This document shows, in pieces, positions 47,461-57,542 of a DNA stretch of 64,000 nt. Position 1 is the first letter of the stretch. The number at the start of each line of letters is the position of its first letter. This stretch comes from a bacterium (GTDB lineage: Bacteria; Electryoneota; Electryoneia; Electryoneales; Electryoneaceae): assembly GCA_963669175.1 (NCBI GenBank), contig OY769902.1, positions 1,376,001 through 1,440,000 of the forward strand. Direction: 5' to 3'. A program made the translations under genes and the position numbers. Below the pieces are notes generated by a model. The model ran no database searches and was not told the DNA's origin. It was given only the letters and a program-made list of their open reading frames with translations.

Positions 47461-50400
47461 ATGCAAGCGGGAATCTATCGCCCGCTCCTTCCGGTTGTCC
47501 TTCTTTTGTTCTGCCTGGTTTTCCCCCTTTGGGCCGAGACATATGTTTCCGGTGAAGTCAGCGGCGTCTGGGATACGGACGGCAGCCCGTATATCGTGGA
47601 AGACGTTATTCGGATTATGGAATACGACACCCTCCGGATTGAACCTGGTGTGACTGTCGAATTTGCCGATCAGGATCAGGACAATCGCACACCTGTGTAT
47701 GTCTACGGCGCCTTGTTGGCGCTTGGTGAAGAGGGCGACTCAATTCTCTTCTCCTCGCCGGATGCCGGATTTGGCGGGTTTATCCTCAATCCGGAAGACG
47801 ACCAGTTTACCTCCCCACGACTTTGTTTATCCTATTGCGTTGTAGATTCCGCTTATACTGGTATCCAAAGCTATAATGGAAGAATCAACCTGTCGAATAG
47901 TTGTTTCTTCATTTCCGGGATATATGCCTATGATAATGAGGATGGGCAAGATTCGCTGCAATGGACAGGTTTTTGGGATCCTGACGGACAGCATGGGAAC
48001 TCCATTTCTATTCGCTCATCGAGTTCGATCAGGATTAATGGTAACTACAATTCATTAACCAGTATGAATCTTCAATATTCAAATGTTGTCTATATATCAC
48101 AAAGCAATATTAATGATATATCGTTTTTATATTGTAGCGCGACTGTTGAAACATCAGAAATAAACATGATATCTCCACTTTCCACAAATTTAAGGCTATT
48201 CGACAGTTCTGTTTTGAATACCATTAGCTTCATGTTTGGAGGAACACATGAATTCCTCAGAAATAAGTTGCGGGGTTTGTATTTCTACAATGTGAGTTCT
48301 GCTTCAATTCAAGATAACAGGTTTATCTATGGCGGCGCTTTTATAAGAACTTCTGGGGGGACTTTTGCCATTAATGGAAACATATTGAATAACGCTATTT
48401 TGAATAATCATACGGAAGCGGAAGTAAGAAACAACACATTCCATTACAATGACAATGGCATTGTTGGTTCACACTGGGAGGACATTTCAATCAGTCAGAA
48501 TATCTTTTTTGATGCTGACGATCCCAGCCCTGCCATTCGCCTTGTGGAAGGAGCCACTCCGGAAGCAATAGAATACAACTGTTTTTATGGCATGTCTGTA
48601 GCGACCGACGGCTGCGAATTGGGCGAGGGCAACATCACAGAAGATCCGCGCATGCGCGCCGGTGATCCGTATGACTATCGCCTACAAGCCAACAGCCCCT
48701 GCATCGACGCCGGTGATCCCGATAGCGACAACGACTCTGACGGCACCCCGGCCGACATCGGTGCGTGCTTCTACGATCAATCTATCAACAATCCTCCCTG
48801 CTTAACCGTGCCCAAACTGGGCTATTTTCAGAACGGCGCTCGTTTTCAGTGCAGTGTCAGCGCAACGGATGATGACGGCCCAATCCTCATAACACCGGGT
48901 TTGTTGCCGCAATGGCTTGCTATGGAAAGCAGTGAACTTGATTGGATGGGTGATACGCTTTCGTTCGAGGGAACCATCCCCTACTATCAGGACGATTTCA
49001 GTTTTGAAGTTTACGCGATTGATGGCGGCGGATTATGTGATACGGCTGTTGTCACAGTTCCGGTTGATCCCCGTTCACTTCTATGGGGTGAGATTTCAGG
49101 CACCCTTGAAGCCGCGTATTCACCTTACCTGGTGACAGATGATATTTTTGTTCCTGATGGTGAAACGCTGACCATTGAACCCGGTGTGATGCTCGAGTTC
49201 TTATCTGAAGAGGTTCCGGATCGATTTCTAAAACTGACGGTAGACGGTAGCATTTTTGCCTTTGGCACTTCTGCTGACAGTATCATCTTCACCAGTGATC
49301 GACATGACACACACTACCGCCAATGGGATGGAGTTTATCTTACTTCGCTGGATGAGACAGCCTATTTGCGCTATGTTCGGCTTGACATGGCGGATCATGG
49401 TATTGTGCTTACGGATCATTCTACCTTGCGTGCTTCTTATTCGTTTTTTACAGATAATCTGCAGTATTCAATATATGCAGGTGATATTTCAATGATTTAT
49501 CTTGACTCCTGTACCTTTATTAACAATAATATTGCCAATCACTTCATTTACCTAAGCAGTTCCTCTCTACTTGCAAATAGTTGTACTTTTACTGGTTCTT
49601 TTGAGCCTAATAATGATGTTCGTCACATTTATACTGCTGAATCGTGCTCTGTATTTGTTTCTGATTGCATTTTCAGAGGTCATGAGAGCAATATTATTGA
49701 TCTTTGGAGCTATATGGAATTTACTCATTGTATTTTCGAGGATATGACCTTTGGTATTTTAACAAGTAATTATTCTACTGGAACTATCGCCAATAATATT
49801 TTTATCAACTGTGGTTTTGATAGCAGCTATGGAGCAGGCATAGAATGTTTTCGACAAAATGTAAATATTATAAATAATGTATTTTATAACAACCTCGCAG
49901 GTGTAAGCATTTATACTTACCATGATCAAGGTATATTCCCTATCATACGTAATAATCTCTTTATATCAAATAATATTGGCATTATGGGCAGGTATTATTT
50001 TGTTGATGTTCCTTCAATAAATTATAATTCGTTTCATAATAATGATCTTGTTCTTTTTAATGCTTCTATTAACGATACTAATCTTTTTGTTGAACCACTT
50101 GTTTCCGATACTGTAGACTTTTTGCTCTTGGAAAACTCTCCCTTGATTGATGCTGGTCATCCTGCCGCCATGTACAATGATCCTGATGGTACACGAAATG
50201 ATATCGGTCTTTATGGCGGTCCTTATGCTGCCAATGCTGATCCGCCGGTCAACGAAACAATAGAAAACGAGACGGTATTCCCTACAGCGTTCAGTTTGGG
50301 AACATCGTATCCGAATCCGTTCAATCCAACTGTCACAATTCCTTATTCCCTTCCTCAACCTGAACATGTGACCATAGTCGTTTATAACGTGTTAGGGCAA

Positions 50401-50562
50401 AGAGTGGCTGGTTTGCTTGACGCCAGTAGCGAAGCCGGACATCATACCCTGATATGGCATGGCGTGTCCGATGCGGGCTTGCCCCTCGCTTCCGGGGTGT
50501 ATTTTGTTACGATGAAAGCAGGTGATTTTTTCGATTCCAAGCGGATTGTACTGATGAGGTAG
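47461..50562 (+). CDS. Secreted protein with two beta-helix modules, an Ig-like linker and a T9SS-CTD/FlgD-like tail
   Basis: Signal peptide from 47461; two SPY...TL.IEPGV / SP.IDAG.P...DG...DIG modules; YPNPFNPT..I...VYNVLGQ...ASGVYFV...KRIVLMR. Confidence 0.8.
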   Translation: MQAGIYRPLLPVVLLLFCLVFPLWAETYVSGEVSGVWDTDGSPYIVEDVIRIMEYDTLRIEPGVTVEFADQDQDNRTPVYVYGALLALGEEGDSILFSSPDAGFGGFILNPEDDQFTSPRLCLSYCVVDSAYTGIQSYNGRINLSNSCFFISGIYAYDNEDGQDSLQWTGFWDPDGQHGNSISIRSSSSIRINGNYNSLTSMNLQYSNVVYISQSNINDISFLYCSATVETSEINMISPLSTNLRLFDSSVLNTISFMFGGTHEFLRNKLRGLYFYNVSSASIQDNRFIYGGAFIRTSGGTFAINGNILNNAILNNHTEAEVRNNTFHYNDNGIVGSHWEDISISQNIFFDADDPSPAIRLVEGATPEAIEYNCFYGMSVATDGCELGEGNITEDPRMRAGDPYDYRLQANSPCIDAGDPDSDNDSDGTPADIGACFYDQSINNPPCLTVPKLGYFQNGARFQCSVSATDDDGPILITPGLLPQWLAMESSELDWMGDTLSFEGTIPYYQDDFSFEVYAIDGGGLCDTAVVTVPVDPRSLLWGEISGTLEAAYSPYLVTDDIFVPDGETLTIEPGVMLEFLSEEVPDRFLKLTVDGSIFAFGTSADSIIFTSDRHDTHYRQWDGVYLTSLDETAYLRYVRLDMADHGIVLTDHSTLRASYSFFTDNLQYSIYAGDISMIYLDSCTFINNNIANHFIYLSSSSLLANSCTFTGSFEPNNDVRHIYTAESCSVFVSDCIFRGHESNIIDLWSYMEFTHCIFEDMTFGILTSNYSTGTIANNIFINCGFDSSYGAGIECFRQNVNIINNVFYNNLAGVSIYTYHDQGIFPIIRNNLFISNNIGIMGRYYFVDVPSINYNSFHNNDLVLFNASINDTNLFVEPLVSDTVDFLLLENSPLIDAGHPAAMYNDPDGTRNDIGLYGGPYAANADPPVNETIENETVFPTAFSLGTSYPNPFNPTVTIPYSLPQPEHVTIVVYNVLGQRVAGLLDASSEAGHHTLIWHGVSDAGLPLASGVYFVTMKAGDFFDSKRIVLMR

Positions 50563-50724
50563 AGAGATTGCCAACCTTATGGCGTTTTGCTGTTTTGTGT
50601 GGGGCATCAATACTGTGATCACAGGACGAAACTTTCTGTCACGTCACCCCGGGAACGCTGCCGTTTAGCCCGAATATTTCATCAATGCAATTTCAAATAT
50701 GGTATTTGATGGAAAGGCCAGTAC

Positions 50725-50980
50725 AAGAACCACGGCAGTGGTTCACTGAATTAGCCCACCGTCCAGCGCCGTCTGTTTGGCGCTCACGGTGGGAATAGGA
50801 TGTACGCTACTTGCCAACCCCGGCAGCGGGTTGCCTCGATATTGTCACTATATACTTTTGATAATTATTAGGTTACTTCTTCCGGAGTAAATATGTGGTG
50901 CGCATTATCTTCCAGGGCGGCCGCCAAACTGACGGCGGCAACACTGGGCTAATACAGGTTGCCCCTGCCGGGGCGGTTGC
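50725..50980. repeat. REP-like palindromes
   Basis: CCCACCGT...GCGCCGTCTGTTTGGCGC...ACGGTGGG hairpin and GCCGCCAAACTGACGGCGGC. The loop motif CCAAACAGACG also occurs at ~16902. Confidence 0.5.
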
Positions 50981-51181
50981 CGATACTCAGCCTCATTTTG
51001 CCAGCGAAACAGGGAATAGACACGCAAAGGGAAACTGGAGCAAACTGTACCCTGAAAAATGCTGTATGAATCAGTTGTATTGTGTTGATATGAACTGTGT
51101 TAAGATGATTATCCATGTTTCGTTCGTGAAATATTCGGGCTAGGCTCTCCTACCACGAGCCTTTCCCTGAAAATTGCCGAC

Positions 51182-51221
51182 AAGAAGACACCCCTCCGTC
51201 ATAACGCCGAAGGGGTGTTTT
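51182..51221 (-). terminator. Terminator hairpin downstream of the ClC gene
   Basis: Minus strand ACACCCCTTCG...CGGAGGGGTGT followed by CTTCTTG. Confidence 0.55.
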
Positions 51222-51249
51222 ATGATCAATCAGGATTCAAGCAATGTCT

Positions 51250-53346
51250 TTACAGCCCGGCGAACTTCTCCACATCTTCGTGGGGGCCGGAAACCAGCAG
51301 GACATCCCCGTTCTGCAGGACAAGGTCCGGTGTTGGTACAATACCGCTGCCGCCGCCTTCCAGATGGTGTGAGTGGCGACGAACCAGGATAATAGTAATC
51401 CCATATTTCTTGCGCAGGTCGATTGTACGCAGGTCTTTCCCGGTGAAGCGTGTCGGCACTTCAATCTCGGCCATAGAGTAGCCCGGCGCCAGTTGAGCAT
51501 GCGAGAAACGCTCGGATTCCAGTACGGATTGCGAGACACTTCCCATCAGGTCACGTTTCAGCAGGGCGGTATTGTATGCCTCGGTGACATCACCACGGTA
51601 GATCGTACCAAGCAGTTTGGTCGGATCGTTGGGATCAACCACCGGCAATTCGTCAAGGTTCTTACGAGCGTAATAACGTGTCACCAGGTCAAGATCATCG
51701 TTCGGAGTAACTCCGGCCACTTCAAGATTGGCAATATCATCCGCGACCAGCACCGGTTCCAGCGCTTCCACATCAAACAACACCGACCGGATTTCATGGA
51801 AGGAGATATAGCCCTTCAGCTTGTTATACTTGTCCATGACGAAGATCGTCTGGTGTTTCGAGGATGCCGAAATGGAATCCAGGAGAGGACGCAGGCGCAT
51901 GTTAAACGGAACGGAATGGTATTCCGGCCGCATCACTTCTGACACTTTCAACTCACGCAGGACGTTCATCTCGCGTCCCTGGTGAAGCACAATCCCCTTC
52001 GCGCGAAGCTTGATTGTGTAAATGCTGTCTTTCAGGAGACGGTTGCCTACGATTACGGCAATAATGGATGACAACATCAGGGGCAGAATAACTTCATACC
52101 CACCAGTCAATTCGAACAGGATCAGGATAGCCTGCATGGGTGCGCGAGTGGTGGCTGCCACGACTGCGGCCATACCTACCAGGGCATAGGCGCCATAATT
52201 CTCGACAACAATATCCGGCGTCATGAAATGCGCGCCATGCCAGACAACCCCGCCCAGCATGGCTCCCATAAACAGGGAAGGAGCGAAGATACCGCCGCTA
52301 CCGCCGGAACCGATGGTGGCCGATGTGGCAATAATCTTGGCTACCACCAGGAGGGCCAGCATGCTCAACGGTAGGGTGCCCATCAAAGCCAGCTCGATCA
52401 TATCGTAGCCGACACCGAACACATGGGGTAAACCAACCGCGCCCAGGGTACCGACAAAAATGCCTCCGAGGATAGGTTTGGTCAGTTCCGGGATCTTCAG
52501 CTTATGCTCAAACAGGTGTTCCGTATTGTGCAGAATCCAGGTAAACCCGACAGCGACAAAAGCCGCCGCAACACCAAGGATGGCGTAATGGATCAGCTCA
52601 AGGGGGCTTGCCATGGAGTAGCCGGGAATCTTGAAGGCCGGCTCGTTGCCAAGATGCAGACGGCTGACTGCGGTGGCGATCACGGAGGCGATAATGATGG
52701 GGCTCATGTGGACAATGCTGAATCCGCCGAGGATGATTTCCATGGCGAACAGCATACCCGCGACTGGCGCGTTGAAGGTTGCGGCGATACCGGCCGCTGC
52801 GCCGCAGCCGACAAAGGTTTTCAAACGACGCGGGTTCAACTTCAGTAATTGCCCCAGCGTAGAGGCGAATGTTGAGCCGATCTGAACAATCGGACCTTCC
52901 GATCCGGCCGATCCACCGGTACCGATACAGATGGCGGAAGCGATGACTTTCGCTGCTGCAACTCGTGGCCGGATAACACCACCCTTTACAGCCACCGCAG
53001 CCATCACTTCCGGGACACCATGCCCCTTCGCTTCGCTGGCGAACTTGGTGTAAATGGGAGCTGTTATCGCAGCACCGATGACCGGCAACAGGAATCGCCA
53101 GTACCACGGCAGGGATAACAGGTAATCGATCGTCGGATCGAACGCATGGAAAGACAACCATTGGACAGAATGGATCGCCCAACGGAACAATACCGTACCA
53201 TAACCCCCAACCAACCCAACAAGGACGGCAATCAGGAGGTCGCTTCTGTATTCGCGCGAAGCATAATCCTGCAAATCATCCCGGTTCGCTTTACCATACA
53301 GGATGTTTTGCAGGATCGGGTGCGAACGTAATGTAGACCAATTCAT
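51250..53346 (-). CDS. ClC-family chloride channel/antiporter with two CBS and a TrkA-C (RCK_C) domain
   Basis: GHGVPEV, GGSAGSEGP, FNAP, GGIFAPSL; CBS pair; G..L..IDLRKKYG...P.....GD.L.V.G. Confidence 0.92.
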   Translation of the reverse strand: MNWSTLRSHPILQNILYGKANRDDLQDYASREYRSDLLIAVLVGLVGGYGTVLFRWAIHSVQWLSFHAFDPTIDYLLSLPWYWRFLLPVIGAAITAPIYTKFASEAKGHGVPEVMAAVAVKGGVIRPRVAAAKVIASAICIGTGGSAGSEGPIVQIGSTFASTLGQLLKLNPRRLKTFVGCGAAAGIAATFNAPVAGMLFAMEIILGGFSIVHMSPIIIASVIATAVSRLHLGNEPAFKIPGYSMASPLELIHYAILGVAAAFVAVGFTWILHNTEHLFEHKLKIPELTKPILGGIFVGTLGAVGLPHVFGVGYDMIELALMGTLPLSMLALLVVAKIIATSATIGSGGSGGIFAPSLFMGAMLGGVVWHGAHFMTPDIVVENYGAYALVGMAAVVAATTRAPMQAILILFELTGGYEVILPLMLSSIIAVIVGNRLLKDSIYTIKLRAKGIVLHQGREMNVLRELKVSEVMRPEYHSVPFNMRLRPLLDSISASSKHQTIFVMDKYNKLKGYISFHEIRSVLFDVEALEPVLVADDIANLEVAGVTPNDDLDLVTRYYARKNLDELPVVDPNDPTKLLGTIYRGDVTEAYNTALLKRDLMGSVSQSVLESERFSHAQLAPGYSMAEIEVPTRFTGKDLRTIDLRKKYGITIILVRRHSHHLEGGGSGIVPTPDLVLQNGDVLLVSGPHEDVEKFAGL

Positions 53347-53396
53347 GAGCTTGTTAAGCCCGACTGGCCTTCTCGCGATGGAAAAGGTCTACCGGA

Positions 53397-53891
53397 TCAG
53401 TTTTCCTGTTCGTGAGTTTCGCCCAGAATGTTAATAAACTGCTTTACTTTTACGTCATACGTACGAGCAGGTGTTTTAATCGTAACGATAGCTCCCGCGA
53501 CCGTGCCACGAAGCTGCTGGCCGATAGGGGAGCGGATAGAAATCATACCCTTCTTGACATCCATCTCTTCAGGCAACACCAATTCATAATTGACTTCTTT
53601 GCCTGCATCAATTTCTTCCAGGGTAACAGTAGAATATAATCCCACAGATTTGGGATCGATTTCTTTCAGGTTAATGCTCGCCAATTTTTCGTGACGTTTC
53701 TGAAGCTGAGCCAACCGAACCACCAGGTATCCCTGACGTTCTTTCGCTGACTCATATTCCGCATTTTCGGACAGGTCACCCTTTGCACGTGCTTCCTCGA
53801 TTCGTACGGGCAAATCCACTTCCAATTCATGCCGGGATGCTGCGATCTCGTCTTCCAGCTTCTGCTTGACAGCCTGGATCCGGTCCAACAT
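53397..53891 (-). CDS. greA: Transcription elongation factor GreA
   Basis: EEARAKGDLSENAEYESAKERQ and ISIRSPIG. Start taken at MLDRIQ after AGGAAGG. Confidence 0.9.
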   Translation of the reverse strand: MLDRIQAVKQKLEDEIAASRHELEVDLPVRIEEARAKGDLSENAEYESAKERQGYLVVRLAQLQKRHEKLASINLKEIDPKSVGLYSTVTLEEIDAGKEVNYELVLPEEMDVKKGMISIRSPIGQQLRGTVAGAIVTIKTPARTYDVKVKQFINILGETHEQEN

Positions 53892-54093
53892 GCGGTCCTT
53901 CCTTTCCGTAGGATTAAAAAAATCGCATCGGAACCATACCACGGTCCCGATGCACACACCCAAAATTACACTTTCCTTGTTGCAAATGCAAGGGTTATCT
54001 CAGGCCTACCGCCCTGATTCCTCCCCTTGGAAGGGACGTCAATGTCCTATGTTAACCTGGAAACGGATTGAAAGATGTGTCCCAGCCAACAAA

Positions 54094-54381
54094 TCAGTAT
54101 TTGACGTCAAAGCCGTTGACCAGACCGTCAGGCTCACTCCAGTCCACATCCACAGATCGGACAATGGAATAGGATGGCCCCTGGTATAGATAATCAATCA
54201 AGGTGTCCAGATCCTGCTTCGGTCCTTCCGCCAGAACTTCCACTCGTCCATCGTGCAGGTTCCGTGTCCACCCGTTCAGATTCAGCTTTCGCGCTTGCTG
54301 GATCACGAACCAGCGAAACCCGACACCCTGCACTCTTCCGGTGACGAACCCGTGAAACTGGGCCAAAGTTCTGTCTGCCAA
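54094..54381 (-). CDS. acyP: Acylphosphatase
   Basis: GRVQGVGFR, GWTRNLHDGRVEV and GP. Confidence 0.95.
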   Translation of the reverse strand: MADRTLAQFHGFVTGRVQGVGFRWFVIQQARKLNLNGWTRNLHDGRVEVLAEGPKQDLDTLIDYLYQGPSYSIVRSVDVDWSEPDGLVNGFDVKY

Positions 54382-54400
54382 GGATTCTCTCCCGTTTCTA

Positions 54401-55723
54401 TTATGGCCTGAGACGATGAATCATCCTCGGGAACGGAATCGCTTCCCGCAGGTGATGAATCCCCGACAACCAGGTGATGGTGCGTTCGATGCCGAGTCCG
54501 AAGCCGGAATGCGGAACGCTGCCGTACTTTCGCAGATCGAGGTACCACTGGAACGGTTCCACCGGCAGTTCATGTTCCTCGATACGTTTCAACAGCGTAT
54601 CATGATCATCTTCACGTTGCGAACCGCCGATTACCTCTCCATATCCTTCCGAAGCCAGCATGTCGAAACCGAGCACCTTGGTTTCATCTTCCGGATCGCG
54701 TTTCATGTAGAACGCTTTGATCGCGGCGGGGAAGCGGTGCACCATGACCGGACGGTCATAGGCTTCACCGATGATGGTCTCATGCTTCGCGCCGAAATCT
54801 TCACCCGGTTCAAATTTCGCGTCTTCATCTTCCGGGTGTTCCGCAGCATACTTCACCAGGATGTCGCAGCATTCTTCGTAGCTCAAGCGTGGGAACGGCT
54901 TCTTGATCGCTTCCAGCTTGCTGATGTCACGCTCGAGCGTGTTCAGCTCGTCCATGCGCTTCTCAAGCAGACGCTCGACTACGTACACGATCATATCTTC
55001 AGCCAATTCCATGTCGCCATCCAGGTCGAGGTAGGCGACTTCCGGCTCCAGCATCCAGAATTCGGTCAGGTGACGCCGGGTCTTGGATTTTTCCGCGCGG
55101 AAGGTCGGGCCGAAAGTATACACCTTGCCCAGCGCCATCGCGCCGGCTTCGGCATAAAGCTGACCGGACTGGGTCAGGTACGCGGTCGTATCGTAATATT
55201 CCGTCTCGAACAGCGTGGTTGTTCCTTCCACGGCGTTCGGGGTGAACATGGGAGTATCGAACTGTACGAATCCACGGTTGTTAAAGAAGTCCCGTAACGC
55301 CCAGATGATCTCATGACGAATACGAAGCAAGGCAACCTGACGTTTGCTGCGTAACCAGAGGTGACGGTTATCCAGCAGGAACGTGGTGCCGTGTTCCTTG
55401 GGCGAAATCGGGTAATCAACCGAATCACCGATTTTCTCAAATCCGGTCATGGTCAATTCGAAGCCGCCCGGGGCGCGTTTGTCAGCACGGACGTTGCCAC
55501 GGACCACAATGGAAGTTTCCTGGGTCAGGGTCTTGACCAGGTCAAACTGTTCCTGGCCGATATCGTTAATGGCCGCTACAGCCTGTACAATTCCGGTGCC
55601 GTCGCGCACCATCAGGAACGCGATTTTCCCACTGCTGCGCATGTTGTACAACCATCCGGTCACTTCTACTTCTTCACCAACGTGATCTTTGAAGTCTTCG
55701 ATGTAAACTCTAGTCGTGCTCAT
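54401..55723 (-). CDS. asnS: Asparagine-tRNA ligase
   Basis: LTQSGQLY, GPTFRAEKSKTRRHLTEFWM, EVIGGSQRE and PHSGFGLGIER. Confidence 0.97.
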   Translation of the reverse strand: MSTTRVYIEDFKDHVGEEVEVTGWLYNMRSSGKIAFLMVRDGTGIVQAVAAINDIGQEQFDLVKTLTQETSIVVRGNVRADKRAPGGFELTMTGFEKIGDSVDYPISPKEHGTTFLLDNRHLWLRSKRQVALLRIRHEIIWALRDFFNNRGFVQFDTPMFTPNAVEGTTTLFETEYYDTTAYLTQSGQLYAEAGAMALGKVYTFGPTFRAEKSKTRRHLTEFWMLEPEVAYLDLDGDMELAEDMIVYVVERLLEKRMDELNTLERDISKLEAIKKPFPRLSYEECCDILVKYAAEHPEDEDAKFEPGEDFGAKHETIIGEAYDRPVMVHRFPAAIKAFYMKRDPEDETKVLGFDMLASEGYGEVIGGSQREDDHDTLLKRIEEHELPVEPFQWYLDLRKYGSVPHSGFGLGIERTITWLSGIHHLREAIPFPRMIHRLRP

Positions 55724-56727
55724 GTGTGTTCTACCTTCAGCGAACGGGTCATCAGTTCAATCACCGCATCACGCGGTGATGCTTCTTCAAACAAAATGCG
55801 GTACACCTGCTCCGTGATCGGCATCTCCACGCCGGTTTTGTGGGAGAGGTTATAGACGGACTGCGTCGTGGCAACACCCTCGGCGACCATGGTCATGTTC
55901 TTCAGGATGTCGTTCAGGGAACGGCCGCGTCCCAGTTCTTCGCCTACGTGACGATTTCTGCTGTGCCGGCTGGTACAGGTGGTGATCAAGTCACCCATAC
56001 CCGATAATCCGGCAAAGGTCTCCTGTCTGCCGCCAAGATGCACTCCCAGGCGAGCCATTTCAACCAGGCCACGTGTCATCAACGCGCCCTTGGTGTTATC
56101 GCCGAAACCGAGACCATCACACATGCCGGTCGCAATGGCGATAACATTCTTCAACGCTCCCCCCAACTCGACACCGGTCCGGTCATCGCTGGCATAAACC
56201 CGGAAGCTTTGGCCGCTGAACCAGTGCTGCACCTGTTTTGCCAGGCTCAAGTCCGGACAGGCGGCTACGACTGTCGTCGGCAGATTCCTGGATACTTCTT
56301 CCGCATGACTTGGGCCGGACAGGGCAACAAAACGGTCGTGTACTTCCGGGCCAAGTATCTGGCCCGCCACATCGGAAATCTGCATCAGGGTTTTGTTCTC
56401 AATTCCCTTGGAAGCGCCGATCCAGATAGCGTCTTTGGGAATATCGGTGACTTTCTCCAAGGCTGACCGTACAAACTGCGTCGGTACGACCATCAGCACA
56501 GCTTCTCGACCATGCAACGCTTCGTTCAAGTCAGACGTGACTTCCAGGCCATCCGGGAACGGGATTCCGGGTAAGAATTCCCGGTTAACCCTCTCTTTTT
56601 TCAATCGTTCGGCTGCATCCGGACGAAACTCCCACAACATGACTTTATGGTTATCCGTATGCTGCTTCAGCAGTATTGCCAGGGCGGTGCCCCAGCTTCC
56701 CGCGCCGAGTACCGCAAAATCAGCCAT
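55720..56727 (-). CDS. gpsA: Glycerol-3-phosphate dehydrogenase (NAD(P)+)
   Basis: GAGSWGTALA, SKGIE, SGPSHAEEV, LKNVIA and GDLITTCTSRHSRN. Confidence 0.97.
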   Translation of the reverse strand: MADFAVLGAGSWGTALAILLKQHTDNHKVMLWEFRPDAAERLKKERVNREFLPGIPFPDGLEVTSDLNEALHGREAVLMVVPTQFVRSALEKVTDIPKDAIWIGASKGIENKTLMQISDVAGQILGPEVHDRFVALSGPSHAEEVSRNLPTTVVAACPDLSLAKQVQHWFSGQSFRVYASDDRTGVELGGALKNVIAIATGMCDGLGFGDNTKGALMTRGLVEMARLGVHLGGRQETFAGLSGMGDLITTCTSRHSRNRHVGEELGRGRSLNDILKNMTMVAEGVATTQSVYNLSHKTGVEMPITEQVYRILFEEASPRDAVIELMTRSLKVEHT

Positions 56728-57361
56728 TGGTTTTCTCCGTGTTTGAACTCATGCCCAGTTCGGCGCCCTTTCGGAGCCGTTCCAGGTTGTGCCGATGCGT
56801 CGCGCCCAGAATCATCGGCACCAGAAGTCCCCAGCCCAGGCTGGCGACACTGCGCTTGCCCTCGAAGAGATAAAGCGCAAAGGGGAACATCAACGCTGCA
56901 ACCAGTGAGGCAAGTGAAAAGGTGCGAGTGACGCGTAGCGTGGTAATCCAGGTCATCAGTGACAGGGATGACGCTAGCGGGGCCATGGCTACAACCGCAC
57001 CGGCAGATGTTGCAACGCCTTTGCCGCCCTTGAAATGGGTAAACACCGGCCAGAGATGCCCGCTGACAGCCGCGAGGCCCAGCATGACCTGCATGGTTTC
57101 TTTATTCAGGCTACGGTCGCGTGGTTGCAATTTCGTTTCGAAAACCTCAACCAGCCGTACCGGTAAATACCCCTTGAACATGTCCAGGGTAAGCACCATC
57201 ATGGCCCAGCGCGCGCCCATGCAACGATAGACGTTGGACGCGCCGGGATTCCCGCTGCCTTCGGAAAAGATGTTGATCTTGCCGAACACACGCGCCACCA
57301 GCCAGGCCGTCGGAAACGCCCCAAACAGGTAAGACATCACTATCGCGCCCAGCAGTCTCAC
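56720..57361 (-). CDS. plsY: Glycerol-3-phosphate acyltransferase PlsY
   Basis: GSGNPGASNVYR, DMFKG, GH.WP...FKGGKGVAT and HRHNL.RL. GTG start taken at 57361. Confidence 0.93.
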   Translation of the reverse strand: MRLLGAIVMSYLFGAFPTAWLVARVFGKINIFSEGSGNPGASNVYRCMGARWAMMVLTLDMFKGYLPVRLVEVFETKLQPRDRSLNKETMQVMLGLAAVSGHLWPVFTHFKGGKGVATSAGAVVAMAPLASSLSLMTWITTLRVTRTFSLASLVAALMFPFALYLFEGKRSVASLGWGLLVPMILGATHRHNLERLRKGAELGMSSNTEKTNG

Positions 57362-57384
57362 TCGCTCTCTCCCATATACATGCT

Positions 57385-57533
57385 TAACAGGATGCAAGGA
57401 TAAAAGGATGCCAAGGATAAAAACAATTTTTGCTATTCAATACAAAAGCACAAATTTTCAGTAGCTTACAATTACAATTACTATTACTGTTGATTCCGTT
57501 ATCCTTATTATCCTATCATTCTACTATCCTGTG
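57385..57533. repeat. Imperfect inverted repeat built from ~9-nt AGGAT units around an AT-rich spacer
   Basis: TAACAGGATGCAAGGATAAAAGGATGCCAAGGATAA pairs with TTATCCTTATTATCCTATCATTCTACTATCCTGTGA. Confidence 0.65.
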
Positions 57534-57542
57534 AGTCAAATA

